A stretch of DNA of 64,000 nt from an uncultured bacterium (GTDB lineage: Bacteria > Gemmatimonadota > Gemmatimonadetes > Gemmatimonadales > Gemmatimonadaceae). Shown here in pieces: positions 9,545 to 17,743 of the stretch. Numbering within the stretch: the first letter of the stretch is position 1; each line of letters opens with the position of its first letter. The position numbers were made by a program, and so were the translations under genes. Under the pieces are notes generated by a model. The model was not told the origin of the DNA. It saw nothing but the letters and a program-made list of their open reading frames with translations, and did not search any database. Location: contig CAXBQP010000004.1 of NCBI GenBank assembly GCA_963978095.1, positions 20,014 to 84,013 of the forward strand. The letters are read 5' to 3'.

Positions 9545-11401
9545 CTATTGCCCTCCGACCATGCTCGCCGGGTTCAACGCGCGGTCGAGTGCCTCGCGCG
9601 TCACCCACTGCTTCTCCAGCACGAGTTCATACACCCCGCGTCCGCTCGCCAAGGCCTCCTTGGCAATCTCCGTGCACCGCTCGTATCCGATCACCGGCAC
9701 GAGCGCGGTGACGATGCCGATGCTCTGCTCGACGAAGTGCCGCATCCGGTCCGGATTCGCGGTGATCCCCTCGACGCACTTCTCGCGCAGTACGATGCAG
9801 GCGTTACGCATGGTCTTGATGCTGCTGAGCAAGCGATAGGCGATCACAGGCTCGAACACGTTCAGTTGCAACTGCCCGGCCTCGGCCGCCATGGTCACGG
9901 TCATGTCGCCGCCGATCACATCGAAGCACACCTGGTTCACCACTTCCGGAATCACGGGGTTCACCTTCCCCGGCATGATGCTGGAGCCCGGCTGCATCGG
10001 CGGGAGATTGATCTCCCCCAATCCCGTGCGCGGGCCGCTCGAGAGCAGGCGCAGGTCGTTGCAGATCTTGCTCAACTTCACGGCGCAGCGCTTCAACACG
10101 CCGGAGAGTTGCACGAACGCCCCCGTGTCGGATGTCGCCTCCACCAGGTCGGGAGCGGTGATCATGGTCAGCCCGGTGACTTCCGAGAGTCGCTGGCAGA
10201 CCAAGGCGGCGTAGCCGCTCGGCGCGGTGATCCCGGTGCCAATGGCGGTCGCCCCCATGTTCATCTCCCGGATCAGCGCTTGCGCCTCCGAGAGCCGATC
10301 GATGTCTTCCTGCATGGTGTGCGCGAAGGCGGCGAACTCCTGACCCAGCGTCATGGGGACCGCATCCTGCAGCTGCGTCCGGCCCATCTTGAGATACGGC
10401 GCGAACTCCTCGCCCTTGGCGAGGAAGGCGCCGACGAGCCCCGCCATCGCGTCCTTCAGCCCGACAATCGCGTGGTGCATCGCCAGCTTGACCGATGTCG
10501 GGTAGACATCGTTCGTGCTCTGCGAGTGATTCACGTGGTTGTTGGGATGCACGGTCGCGTAGGAGCCGCGCGGCAAGCCGAGCAACTCGAGGGCGCGGTT
10601 CGCGATGACCTCGTTGGCGTTCATGTTGGTGCTCGTGCCGGCACCGCCCTGGATCATGTCCACCAGAAAATGTTCGTGATGGCGCCCGTCGGCGATCTCG
10701 TGACACGCCCGAACGATCGCGTCGCAGACCTCGGGGCTGATCAACCCCAGTTCCGCATTGGCCTTGGCGGCGGCCTCCTTCACCTGCGCCAGCGCGACGA
10801 TCAACTCGGGGAACTCCCGGAGCGGCACGCCGGTGATCGGGAAGTTCTCCAGCGCGCGGAGGGTCTGCACGCCGTACAGCGCGGCGTCGGGGATCTCCCG
10901 TTCGCCGAGCAGGTCGTGTTCGAGACGACGCGCACCGCCGCGGAAGCTCATGCCGCGGCCACGGCCGGTCAGCGTCGCATCGGCACTCTTGAGGCGCTCG
11001 GCGATCGCCTGCGCGGCTTTCGTGACGAGCGCCGCGTGCAGGCTGGGTTGCTCGCGGAGCAGCGGCGCGAGACTGGATTTGGGGAAGAGGAGCATCGTCG
11101 TCGCTGTGAGGGCGCGCGCGGACGTGCCGTGCGTGACGTCGTCCAGGAGCACCCCTTCGCCGATGACCTCGCCCGCGCCGAGGGCCGCCAGTCGCTCGTG
11201 GCCCACCCCGTGTTCGATCGCCAGCGTTCCCGTGAGGACCACACCGAAGAACTGTCGTGCCTCCCCTTCCCGGAACAGGAGTTCATCGGCGGAAAGGGTA
11301 CGCGCTTCGGCGATCCTGCCGAGATTCCAGAGGAGCGTTTCGGGAAGACCGTGGAAGAAGGCCACGTGCTTGAGCAGGTCTCGATTTGGCGCGCTGGTCA
11401 T
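9545..11401 (-). CDS. aspA: Aspartate ammonia-lyase with N-terminal cyclic-nucleotide-binding-like domain
   Basis: Start MTSAPNRDLL; cNMP fold LFREGE...GEVIGEGVLL; lyase motifs QGGAGTSTNMN, KMGRTQLQDA, GSSIMPGKVN. Confidence 0.92.
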   Translation of the reverse strand: MTSAPNRDLLKHVAFFHGLPETLLWNLGRIAEARTLSADELLFREGEARQFFGVVLTGTLAIEHGVGHERLAALGAGEVIGEGVLLDDVTHGTSARALTATTMLLFPKSSLAPLLREQPSLHAALVTKAAQAIAERLKSADATLTGRGRGMSFRGGARRLEHDLLGEREIPDAALYGVQTLRALENFPITGVPLREFPELIVALAQVKEAAAKANAELGLISPEVCDAIVRACHEIADGRHHEHFLVDMIQGGAGTSTNMNANEVIANRALELLGLPRGSYATVHPNNHVNHSQSTNDVYPTSVKLAMHHAIVGLKDAMAGLVGAFLAKGEEFAPYLKMGRTQLQDAVPMTLGQEFAAFAHTMQEDIDRLSEAQALIREMNMGATAIGTGITAPSGYAALVCQRLSEVTGLTMITAPDLVEATSDTGAFVQLSGVLKRCAVKLSKICNDLRLLSSGPRTGLGEINLPPMQPGSSIMPGKVNPVIPEVVNQVCFDVIGGDMTVTMAAEAGQLQLNVFEPVIAYRLLSSIKTMRNACIVLREKCVEGITANPDRMRHFVEQSIGIVTALVPVIGYERCTEIAKEALASGRGVYELVLEKQWVTREALDRALNPASMVGGQ

Positions 11402-11488
11402 AGGGGAAAAAGCTACCCGGTGTGCGGCGGCGCGGGTAGCGAAGGGAACCCCGGAGCGAGTAGCCTTCAACATGACGCCACATGAGCC

Positions 11489-12772
11489 ATGCCGGTGACG
11501 GCAGCATCGGGATCCGTCGTCGAGCGCGTCTATCTCTCCGACGCGGCGCTCCGGGAGTCCACGATCGATGTGTCGCGGATGGCATTGCCCCCGGTCCTGC
11601 GGCCGGCCGCGCGCCTGTCGGTGTTGGACATCACCGAATTCTACGGTGACACCACGGGCGGGATCCGCACCTATCTGCGCCAGAAATCGGCGTACGTCGA
11701 GGCGCGGCCGGAGTTTCGGCAGGTGCTGGTGCTTCCCTCGCCACGCGACCATGTCGCCCAGAGCGACGGGGTCCGCAGCTACCGCTTGCAGGGGCCGAAG
11801 GTCCCCAAGCAGGCGCCCTACCGGTTCATGCTGGCCACATCCAGCAATCGTCGCATCATGCGCCATGAACGTCCCGACGTCGTCGAGATCGGGAGCCCCG
11901 GCTTCGTCCCGTGGATCGCCAAGCTGGCCACGCGCGGGCTCGATATCCCGCTCGTGGCCTTCTGGCACAGCAACTTCCCGCGGGTCCTGGCGCCATTTCC
12001 GGAGTCCGCGGATGCCTTTCGCCGGGCGCTCTGGGAATTGGGGTGGCGGTACGCCCGACAGATCGACAAGCAGGTGGCGATGTCGATCGTCTGCTCGCGG
12101 TTCGTGGCGGACGATCTCCGGGCCGCGGGGATCGATCGCGTGGCCCACATCCCGCTCGGCGTCGACCTGGATCAGTATCACCCCGGGCGTCGCGCCCATC
12201 GCGACGCGGTGCGGGCGCGGCTCGGGCTGCCCGACGGTCTCGTGGCAGGCTTCGTCGGCCGCTTCGCCCGGGAGAAGGAACTCGAGCTTGCCTTGCGCGC
12301 GTGGCCGGAGGTGTATCGTCGCACCGGTGCCATCCTGGCCCTGATCGGGGCGGGTCCGATCCAAGCGCAGCTCGAAGCCCTCGCTGATGGCGCCGACTGG
12401 GTCCGGTTCCTGCCGTATCAGGGCAACCGGGATGCGCTCGCGGATCTGTTGGCCGCGCTCGATCTCTTCGTGGCGCCGAGCTCGAATGAAACGTTCGGAC
12501 TGGCTCCTCTCGAAGCGCAGGCGTCGGGGACGCCGGTGATCGCGGCGAACCGGGGCGGGATCGGTGAGCAGGTCGAGGCCGGCGGTGCGGGGGCGATCTT
12601 CGACGCGGGAAGTGCTGGCTCGTTCCGGGAGGTGGCCATACGCCTGTTGACGTCCGACCTCGCGGCGCTGGGCGCCAAGGGGCGGGCATACGCCGAGACC
12701 GACCATTCGTGGGATACCGTGTTCGACCGCATCTTCGCCGTGTACGCGCAGGTGGTGCGCGACCATGGGTAA
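11489..12772 (+). CDS. Glycosyltransferase family 4 (GT-B)
   Basis: GGIRTY, FVGRFAREK, ETFGLAPLEA (E-X7-E). Confidence 0.9.
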   Translation: MPVTAASGSVVERVYLSDAALRESTIDVSRMALPPVLRPAARLSVLDITEFYGDTTGGIRTYLRQKSAYVEARPEFRQVLVLPSPRDHVAQSDGVRSYRLQGPKVPKQAPYRFMLATSSNRRIMRHERPDVVEIGSPGFVPWIAKLATRGLDIPLVAFWHSNFPRVLAPFPESADAFRRALWELGWRYARQIDKQVAMSIVCSRFVADDLRAAGIDRVAHIPLGVDLDQYHPGRRAHRDAVRARLGLPDGLVAGFVGRFAREKELELALRAWPEVYRRTGAILALIGAGPIQAQLEALADGADWVRFLPYQGNRDALADLLAALDLFVAPSSNETFGLAPLEAQASGTPVIAANRGGIGEQVEAGGAGAIFDAGSAGSFREVAIRLLTSDLAALGAKGRAYAETDHSWDTVFDRIFAVYAQVVRDHG

Positions 12773-12788
12773 GCGCGGAGGGGTGCCG

Positions 12789-13517
12789 ATGTCCGACGAC
12801 ACGAGACACTTGCTGATCACGATCCATGACGTCACGCCCGCGCTGCAGGATCGGGTCGAAATCCTCTGGCGCCTCTGCCGTGCGCACGGGGTGGTGCCGG
12901 GGTTGCTCGTCGTTCCCGATTGGCATGGAGGGTCCCCGATCGAAGGGGAGCCCCTGTTCGGGGAGTGGGTCCGTGCGCGCGCGGCGGAAGGAGCGGAGAT
13001 CTTTCTGCACGGCGAGCGGCACGACGAAATCGGCGCGCCCCGAAGCTGGCGTGACGAACTGCGTGCGCTCGGACGTACCAATCGGGAAGGGGAGTTCCTC
13101 ACGCTCGGCCTGGACGCCGCCTCCGCGAAGATCGCGCGCGGGCTCGCGCGACTCCGCGCCTTGGGGTTGGCCCCGATCGGGTTCGTGCCGCCGGCGTGGC
13201 TCGCGAAGCCGGACACGCACGTGGCCTGTCGGAAGGCCGGGCTCGCCGTGAGCGAGGACGACAGCACGGTGTTCGTGCACACGACCAACACCGCACTCGC
13301 CTCACCCGTCGTGCGCTGGAGTGCGCGCGGGGCCTGCCGCTCGTATGGGTCGGTGGTGCAGGAACGGTTGCGGTGGACGCTGCAGCGAGAGGCGCCCGTC
13401 GTGCGCATCGCGCTCCATCCGGCAGATCTCGATCATCCCGCGGTGGAGCGCAGCCTCGACCGCGCCCTCGGCGACTGGCTTCGCGTGCGAAGGCAGACGT
13501 CGTACGCCGAGCTGTAG
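12789..13517 (+). CDS. Polysaccharide deacetylase-like protein (DUF2334 type)
   Basis: ITIHDVTP, LHGERH, EGEF, GFVPPAW, IALHPAD; GGAGG 7 nt before the ATG. Confidence 0.8.
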   Translation: MSDDTRHLLITIHDVTPALQDRVEILWRLCRAHGVVPGLLVVPDWHGGSPIEGEPLFGEWVRARAAEGAEIFLHGERHDEIGAPRSWRDELRALGRTNREGEFLTLGLDAASAKIARGLARLRALGLAPIGFVPPAWLAKPDTHVACRKAGLAVSEDDSTVFVHTTNTALASPVVRWSARGACRSYGSVVQERLRWTLQREAPVVRIALHPADLDHPAVERSLDRALGDWLRVRRQTSYAEL

Positions 13518-13601
13518 CCCCGGTCGAGGGGTCTCACCTGTTCGTGTCGCGGACCGCTCGCTACAATAGCGCTATACCCACACCAGCTTCGGAGCCCAGT
13601 C

Positions 13602-14771
13602 GTGTCCAACTCCCGCCGCGAATTTCTCGAAAAATCGGCCACTCTGGCCGCCCTCGGTTTTCTTCCTCGTGAGATCAGTGCATCGGAGTGGCTCGACGAG
13701 CGTGCGCGGGCACGACGCGCCGTCCCGACCGCCAACTTCCGGGCCCGCCCCGTGATCGTCGGATCCGCCAACGGGTTCCATACGGATCGTCCCGCCGGCG
13801 TGAAGATCGCGTACGACAAACTGGTCGCCGGTGGTGATCCGCTGGATGCGGTGATTGCCGGTGTGAACACGCAGGAGCTCGATCCAACGGATCAGTCGGT
13901 CGGTCTCGGCGGACTCCCCAACGAGGAAGGGGTCGTGCAACTCGACGCGAGTTGCATGCACGGCCCGACCAAGCGCGCCGGCTCGGTGGCGGGACTCGAG
14001 GGGATCGCGACGCCCAGTCTCGTGGCCAAGGCCGTGATGGACTACACCGATCATCTCATGCTCGTCGGCGCCGATGCCAAGCGCTTCGCGCTGGCGATGG
14101 GGTTCAAGGAGCAGGACTTGCTGACCGAGAAGTCCAAGCAGGACTGGCTGCGCTGGAAGGCGAGCAAGCCGACCGGCGGCTGGACCAGTGCCGAGAAGCG
14201 TGCAGCCTGGCTCAAGTGGAACGCGGATCGCGGCAACCTGAAGAGCCAGCCCGAACAGGGCGGATTCGACGCGAACGCCGAGGTCAACTGGACGCACGGG
14301 ACGATCAACATGGATGCGGTGACGGCGAGCGGTGACATCGCGAGCGTCACCACGACCAGCGGGATGGCGTGGAAGATCCCGGGACGGATCGGCGATTCCC
14401 CGATCATCGGCGCGGGACAGTATTGCGACAACACCGTTGGCGCGGCGGGAAGCACCGGTCGCGGCGAGAGCAACATCATGGTCTGCGGCGCGTTCCTCGC
14501 GGTCGAGTTCATGCGGCAGGGCAAGACACCGGAAGAAGCGCTGATGTTGGTGATGAAGCGCGTGATCGCGATGAGCGAGAAGCGGCTGTTGGACGACAAG
14601 GGACGTCCGTACTTCGATCTCGACTTCTATGCCGTGACCAAGGATGGTCGCGTGGCGGGCGCGTGTGCCTACGAGGGGAGTTCGTTCGCGACGTGCGACG
14701 AGAAGGGCCCGCGCCTGATCAAGTCGGCCTATCTGTTCAAGGCGTCGGAACGACCGAAGCCGCGGAGCTGA
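13602..14771 (+). CDS. Tat-exported Ntn-hydrolase, glycosylasparaginase / isoaspartyl peptidase family
   Basis: SRREFL Tat motif, SVGLGGLPN, LDASCMHG, HGTI (catalytic Thr), TTTSG...GRIGDSPIIGAG, STGRGE. Confidence 0.9.
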   Translation: MSNSRREFLEKSATLAALGFLPREISASEWLDERARARRAVPTANFRARPVIVGSANGFHTDRPAGVKIAYDKLVAGGDPLDAVIAGVNTQELDPTDQSVGLGGLPNEEGVVQLDASCMHGPTKRAGSVAGLEGIATPSLVAKAVMDYTDHLMLVGADAKRFALAMGFKEQDLLTEKSKQDWLRWKASKPTGGWTSAEKRAAWLKWNADRGNLKSQPEQGGFDANAEVNWTHGTINMDAVTASGDIASVTTTSGMAWKIPGRIGDSPIIGAGQYCDNTVGAAGSTGRGESNIMVCGAFLAVEFMRQGKTPEEALMLVMKRVIAMSEKRLLDDKGRPYFDLDFYAVTKDGRVAGACAYEGSSFATCDEKGPRLIKSAYLFKASERPKPRS

Positions 14772-14772
14772 T

Positions 14773-15819
14773 GTGAACGCGAACGACCACGAACTCGCCG
14801 GCCTGCAGCGTCGGGTCGGTACGGCGGCGCTGGCGCTCGTCGCGGTGTTCGTGGTGGCGGTCGTGGGCTATCGCATCATCGGAGGCGCCGCGCACGGCTG
14901 GCTCGACGCGACGTACATGTCCGTCATCATGCTCACGACCACCGGCTTGAAGGAGGTCGTACCCACGGATTCGGTCGGTGCGCAGATCTTCACCATGGCG
15001 ATCCTGCTCTTCGGAGCGACCGCCGCGGTCTACACGCTGTCGATGATCACCGCCTTCATCGTCGAAGGCGACCTGACGCAGGGATTCCGGAGACGCCGTA
15101 TGCAGAAGCGGATCGACGCGATGACGGGGCACTTCATTGTGTGCGGGGCGGGACAAACCGGCTCCACCGTGCTCCGCGAACTCGTGCGCACGCAGCGACC
15201 GTGCGTCACGATCGAGCAGAATCATGCACATCTTGCATCGCTGGAAGCGGAGTTGCCTGGAGTGCCGGCGTTGCACGGGGACTGCTCCGACGACGAGACC
15301 TTGCTGCGCGCGGGTGTGCAACGTGCGGCGGGGCTGGTGGTCTGCACCGATGATGACAAGAATGCATTGGTCACGACCGTCCTCGCGCGGCAGCTGAATC
15401 CTGACATCCGCGTGATTGCCCGTGCCTCCACCGACAAGGCGGCGTCCCGACTGCGACAGGCCGGGGCCGATGGTGTGGTCTCACCCGCGCAGATCGGCGG
15501 CATGCGACTCGTGAGTGAGTTGGTGCGTCCCACCGTGGTGACCTTCCTCGATACCATGCTGCGCGACACCAACCGGAACTTGCGGATCGAGGAGGTGCCC
15601 GTGAGTGCCGGGAGTCCCTTTGCCGAGCAGCCGGTCGCCACGCTGCGACACCACAAGGCCGGGCATGGCATGCTCCTGCTGGCGATGCGCGCACCCTCGG
15701 GTGAGTATCTGTTCAACCCGCCGGACGACACCATCGTCCAAGTGGGCGGTCACCTCATCATGATGGGGGATCCGAGCGGCGTGGCCACTCTCCGATCAAC
15801 GGCTACTTCGGGTTCGTGA
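14773..15819 (+). CDS. 2-TM ion channel with RCK (TrkA-N and TrkA-C) domains, MthK-like
   Basis: Two TM helices flank the pore helix YMSVIMLTTTGLKE; HFIVCGAGQTG Rossmann motif; TrkA-C tail. Confidence 0.88.
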   Translation: MNANDHELAGLQRRVGTAALALVAVFVVAVVGYRIIGGAAHGWLDATYMSVIMLTTTGLKEVVPTDSVGAQIFTMAILLFGATAAVYTLSMITAFIVEGDLTQGFRRRRMQKRIDAMTGHFIVCGAGQTGSTVLRELVRTQRPCVTIEQNHAHLASLEAELPGVPALHGDCSDDETLLRAGVQRAAGLVVCTDDDKNALVTTVLARQLNPDIRVIARASTDKAASRLRQAGADGVVSPAQIGGMRLVSELVRPTVVTFLDTMLRDTNRNLRIEEVPVSAGSPFAEQPVATLRHHKAGHGMLLLAMRAPSGEYLFNPPDDTIVQVGGHLIMMGDPSGVATLRSTATSGS

Positions 15820-17548
15820 CGTCCGTGCGTCGCGGCGAACGATCCATCTGATCGAGCCAGCGCATCGACACGCGAATCAACGAATCGAGGCGAACGCCCG
15901 TGGTGGTCATCGGCAGCGTCATCGTCGTGGTCCGCTCCGCAAACCCGCTGGTCGCCGTCAGGTCGCGGAGCGTCATCGTCCACAGCAGGCTGTCACCCGA
16001 CATCACTTTGGGTCGTACCGAGACGATCATGTCGGCATGCAGCGCCTCGGCGACGGTCCGCGGATTGCGGGTGCCAGCCAGCACCGCGCGTGTCGAGTCG
16101 GCGGGAACCACCGCGAATCGGCCCCGCGCCCTCGAGAGCGCGCGTCGCATGCGGCTCATGATCACGGCGCCGGAATCCGCGAGCGCGGGGTTCCGCGGAT
16201 CGGGCGCCGGGTCGGCGACCACGACCCGACGGGCAGGGCCGAGCGCGGCGGCCCGAGCCTCCCAGTGCGCGGGGGTGAGCTGCTGCATGCTGCGCACCGA
16301 TCGGTCGGTGAAGGCGGTGGCCACGGCGGCCCGCGAGGTTCCCCGCAAGGAATCCAGCACGGCCTTTTGAATCTCGGCGCGTAGCGAATCCGCGAGCGCG
16401 GCCATCACCGCCGCGTCCGGAATCGTGCGCGGTTTCGGGGTCATCATCGCCGACGCCCGCTCGGAGAACTTGGCCTCGATGGCTGCGGTGATCGCCAACG
16501 AATCCGCACGCGTAAGCGCGGTCACCGCCGCACTCTCGGCGATGGTCCGCGCACTGTCGGGCGCGGCCGTGATCGCGGCGCGGTTGCGTCCACGCTGGAC
16601 GACCAACAGCGTCATCACCACGGCGACCACGGTCGTCAACGCGATGACCGTCCGACGCGTCGGCGCGACGGCCGACGCACCGGCCCCGGCAGGAACCGCG
16701 ATGTCAGCGAGTTGGTCGAGGAGCTCGGTGGCGTGCCGGGGGCGCTCGCCCGGGTCCTTCGCCAGGCACCGCATGATCAGCGCCCGCAATCTGGGCGGGA
16801 CATCGGCCCGCACCAGTTCGATCGGCGGCGGTGCCTGAGTCAGTTGCGCGGCCATCGTCTCGGCCGGTGATGCGCGCTCGAAGGGCGCCGTGCCCGTGAG
16901 CAGTTCATAGGCGAGCAGACCCACCGCATAAATGTCCACGCGCTGGTCTGCCGCGGGATCGCCGGCGAGCTGCTCCGGTGCCATGTAGGCCGGAGTGCCG
17001 ATCACCATCCCGCTCGCGGTCATCCCCACCGCCGGCATCGCTGCGGAGATGGCTTTTGCCACGCCGAAGTCGGTGACGACCGCGTGCGTACCGCTTCGCA
17101 GCACATTGCCGGGCTTGATGTCCCGGTGGATCACGCCGCGCCCGTGCGCGTACGCGAGCGCATCGACGACATCCTGCAGGATCCGCATCACGTCACGCGG
17201 CGTGAAGCGCTGGGGGCGCTCCCCATGCAACGCATGTTTGAGCGACTCCCCCTCGATGAATGGCATGGTGTAATACAGCAGATCGCCGTGCGCACCGGCC
17301 GCATACAACGGGACGATGTGGGGATGCTGCAGCTGCGCCGCGAGCTGGATCTCGCGACGGAATCGTTCGCGATTCACCCCCGCCGCGAGCTCCGGCGGCA
17401 GGACCTTGATGACGACCTTCCGGTTCAGCGCCCGCTCGGTCGCCAGGTAGACGCGGCTCATGCCGCCACCCGGCAACTCACGCTCCAGCGCGAACTGGGT
17501 GCCGAATGCTTCTCGAATCTGCTGGTCGAACTCGTGGGCTTCGGCCAT
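15803..17548 (-). CDS. Hanks-type Ser/Thr protein kinase with TM helix and C-terminal extracytoplasmic domain
   Basis: GGGMSRVY, VVIK, HRDIKPGN, DFG, GTPAYMAPEQ; TM VIALTTVVAVVMTLLVV. Confidence 0.93.
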   Translation of the reverse strand: MAEAHEFDQQIREAFGTQFALERELPGGGMSRVYLATERALNRKVVIKVLPPELAAGVNRERFRREIQLAAQLQHPHIVPLYAAGAHGDLLYYTMPFIEGESLKHALHGERPQRFTPRDVMRILQDVVDALAYAHGRGVIHRDIKPGNVLRSGTHAVVTDFGVAKAISAAMPAVGMTASGMVIGTPAYMAPEQLAGDPAADQRVDIYAVGLLAYELLTGTAPFERASPAETMAAQLTQAPPPIELVRADVPPRLRALIMRCLAKDPGERPRHATELLDQLADIAVPAGAGASAVAPTRRTVIALTTVVAVVMTLLVVQRGRNRAAITAAPDSARTIAESAAVTALTRADSLAITAAIEAKFSERASAMMTPKPRTIPDAAVMAALADSLRAEIQKAVLDSLRGTSRAAVATAFTDRSVRSMQQLTPAHWEARAAALGPARRVVVADPAPDPRNPALADSGAVIMSRMRRALSRARGRFAVVPADSTRAVLAGTRNPRTVAEALHADMIVSVRPKVMSGDSLLWTMTLRDLTATSGFAERTTTMTLPMTTTGVRLDSLIRVSMRWLDQMDRSPRRTDVTNPK

Positions 17549-17743
17549 CGGGGTGTCGAGAGGGGAGACGGAAAGCTAGCCCGCGTCCGGAGGGACGGAC
17601 AGCGGCGACCACGACGTGGCACTGTCTTCAAGACGGTCAGCGTCCATGCGACGTTCCTGTCGTGACAGGTCGACCGGTACAGAGGAGCACCCCGACGGGC
17701 TAGATTTCACGGGACGACATTCCGCCGCCCACTCCCTACGACC

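Noticed and set aside
11402..13408. N-terminal extension making a 1287-aa AspA ORF
   Set aside because: It is antisense to the real GT4 and deacetylase genes and is low-complexity Arg/Pro-rich; the true start is most likely 11401.
17549..17743. T-box leader upstream of leuS
   Set aside because: No T-box consensus or terminator is visible, and the region is short and shared with a divergent gene.
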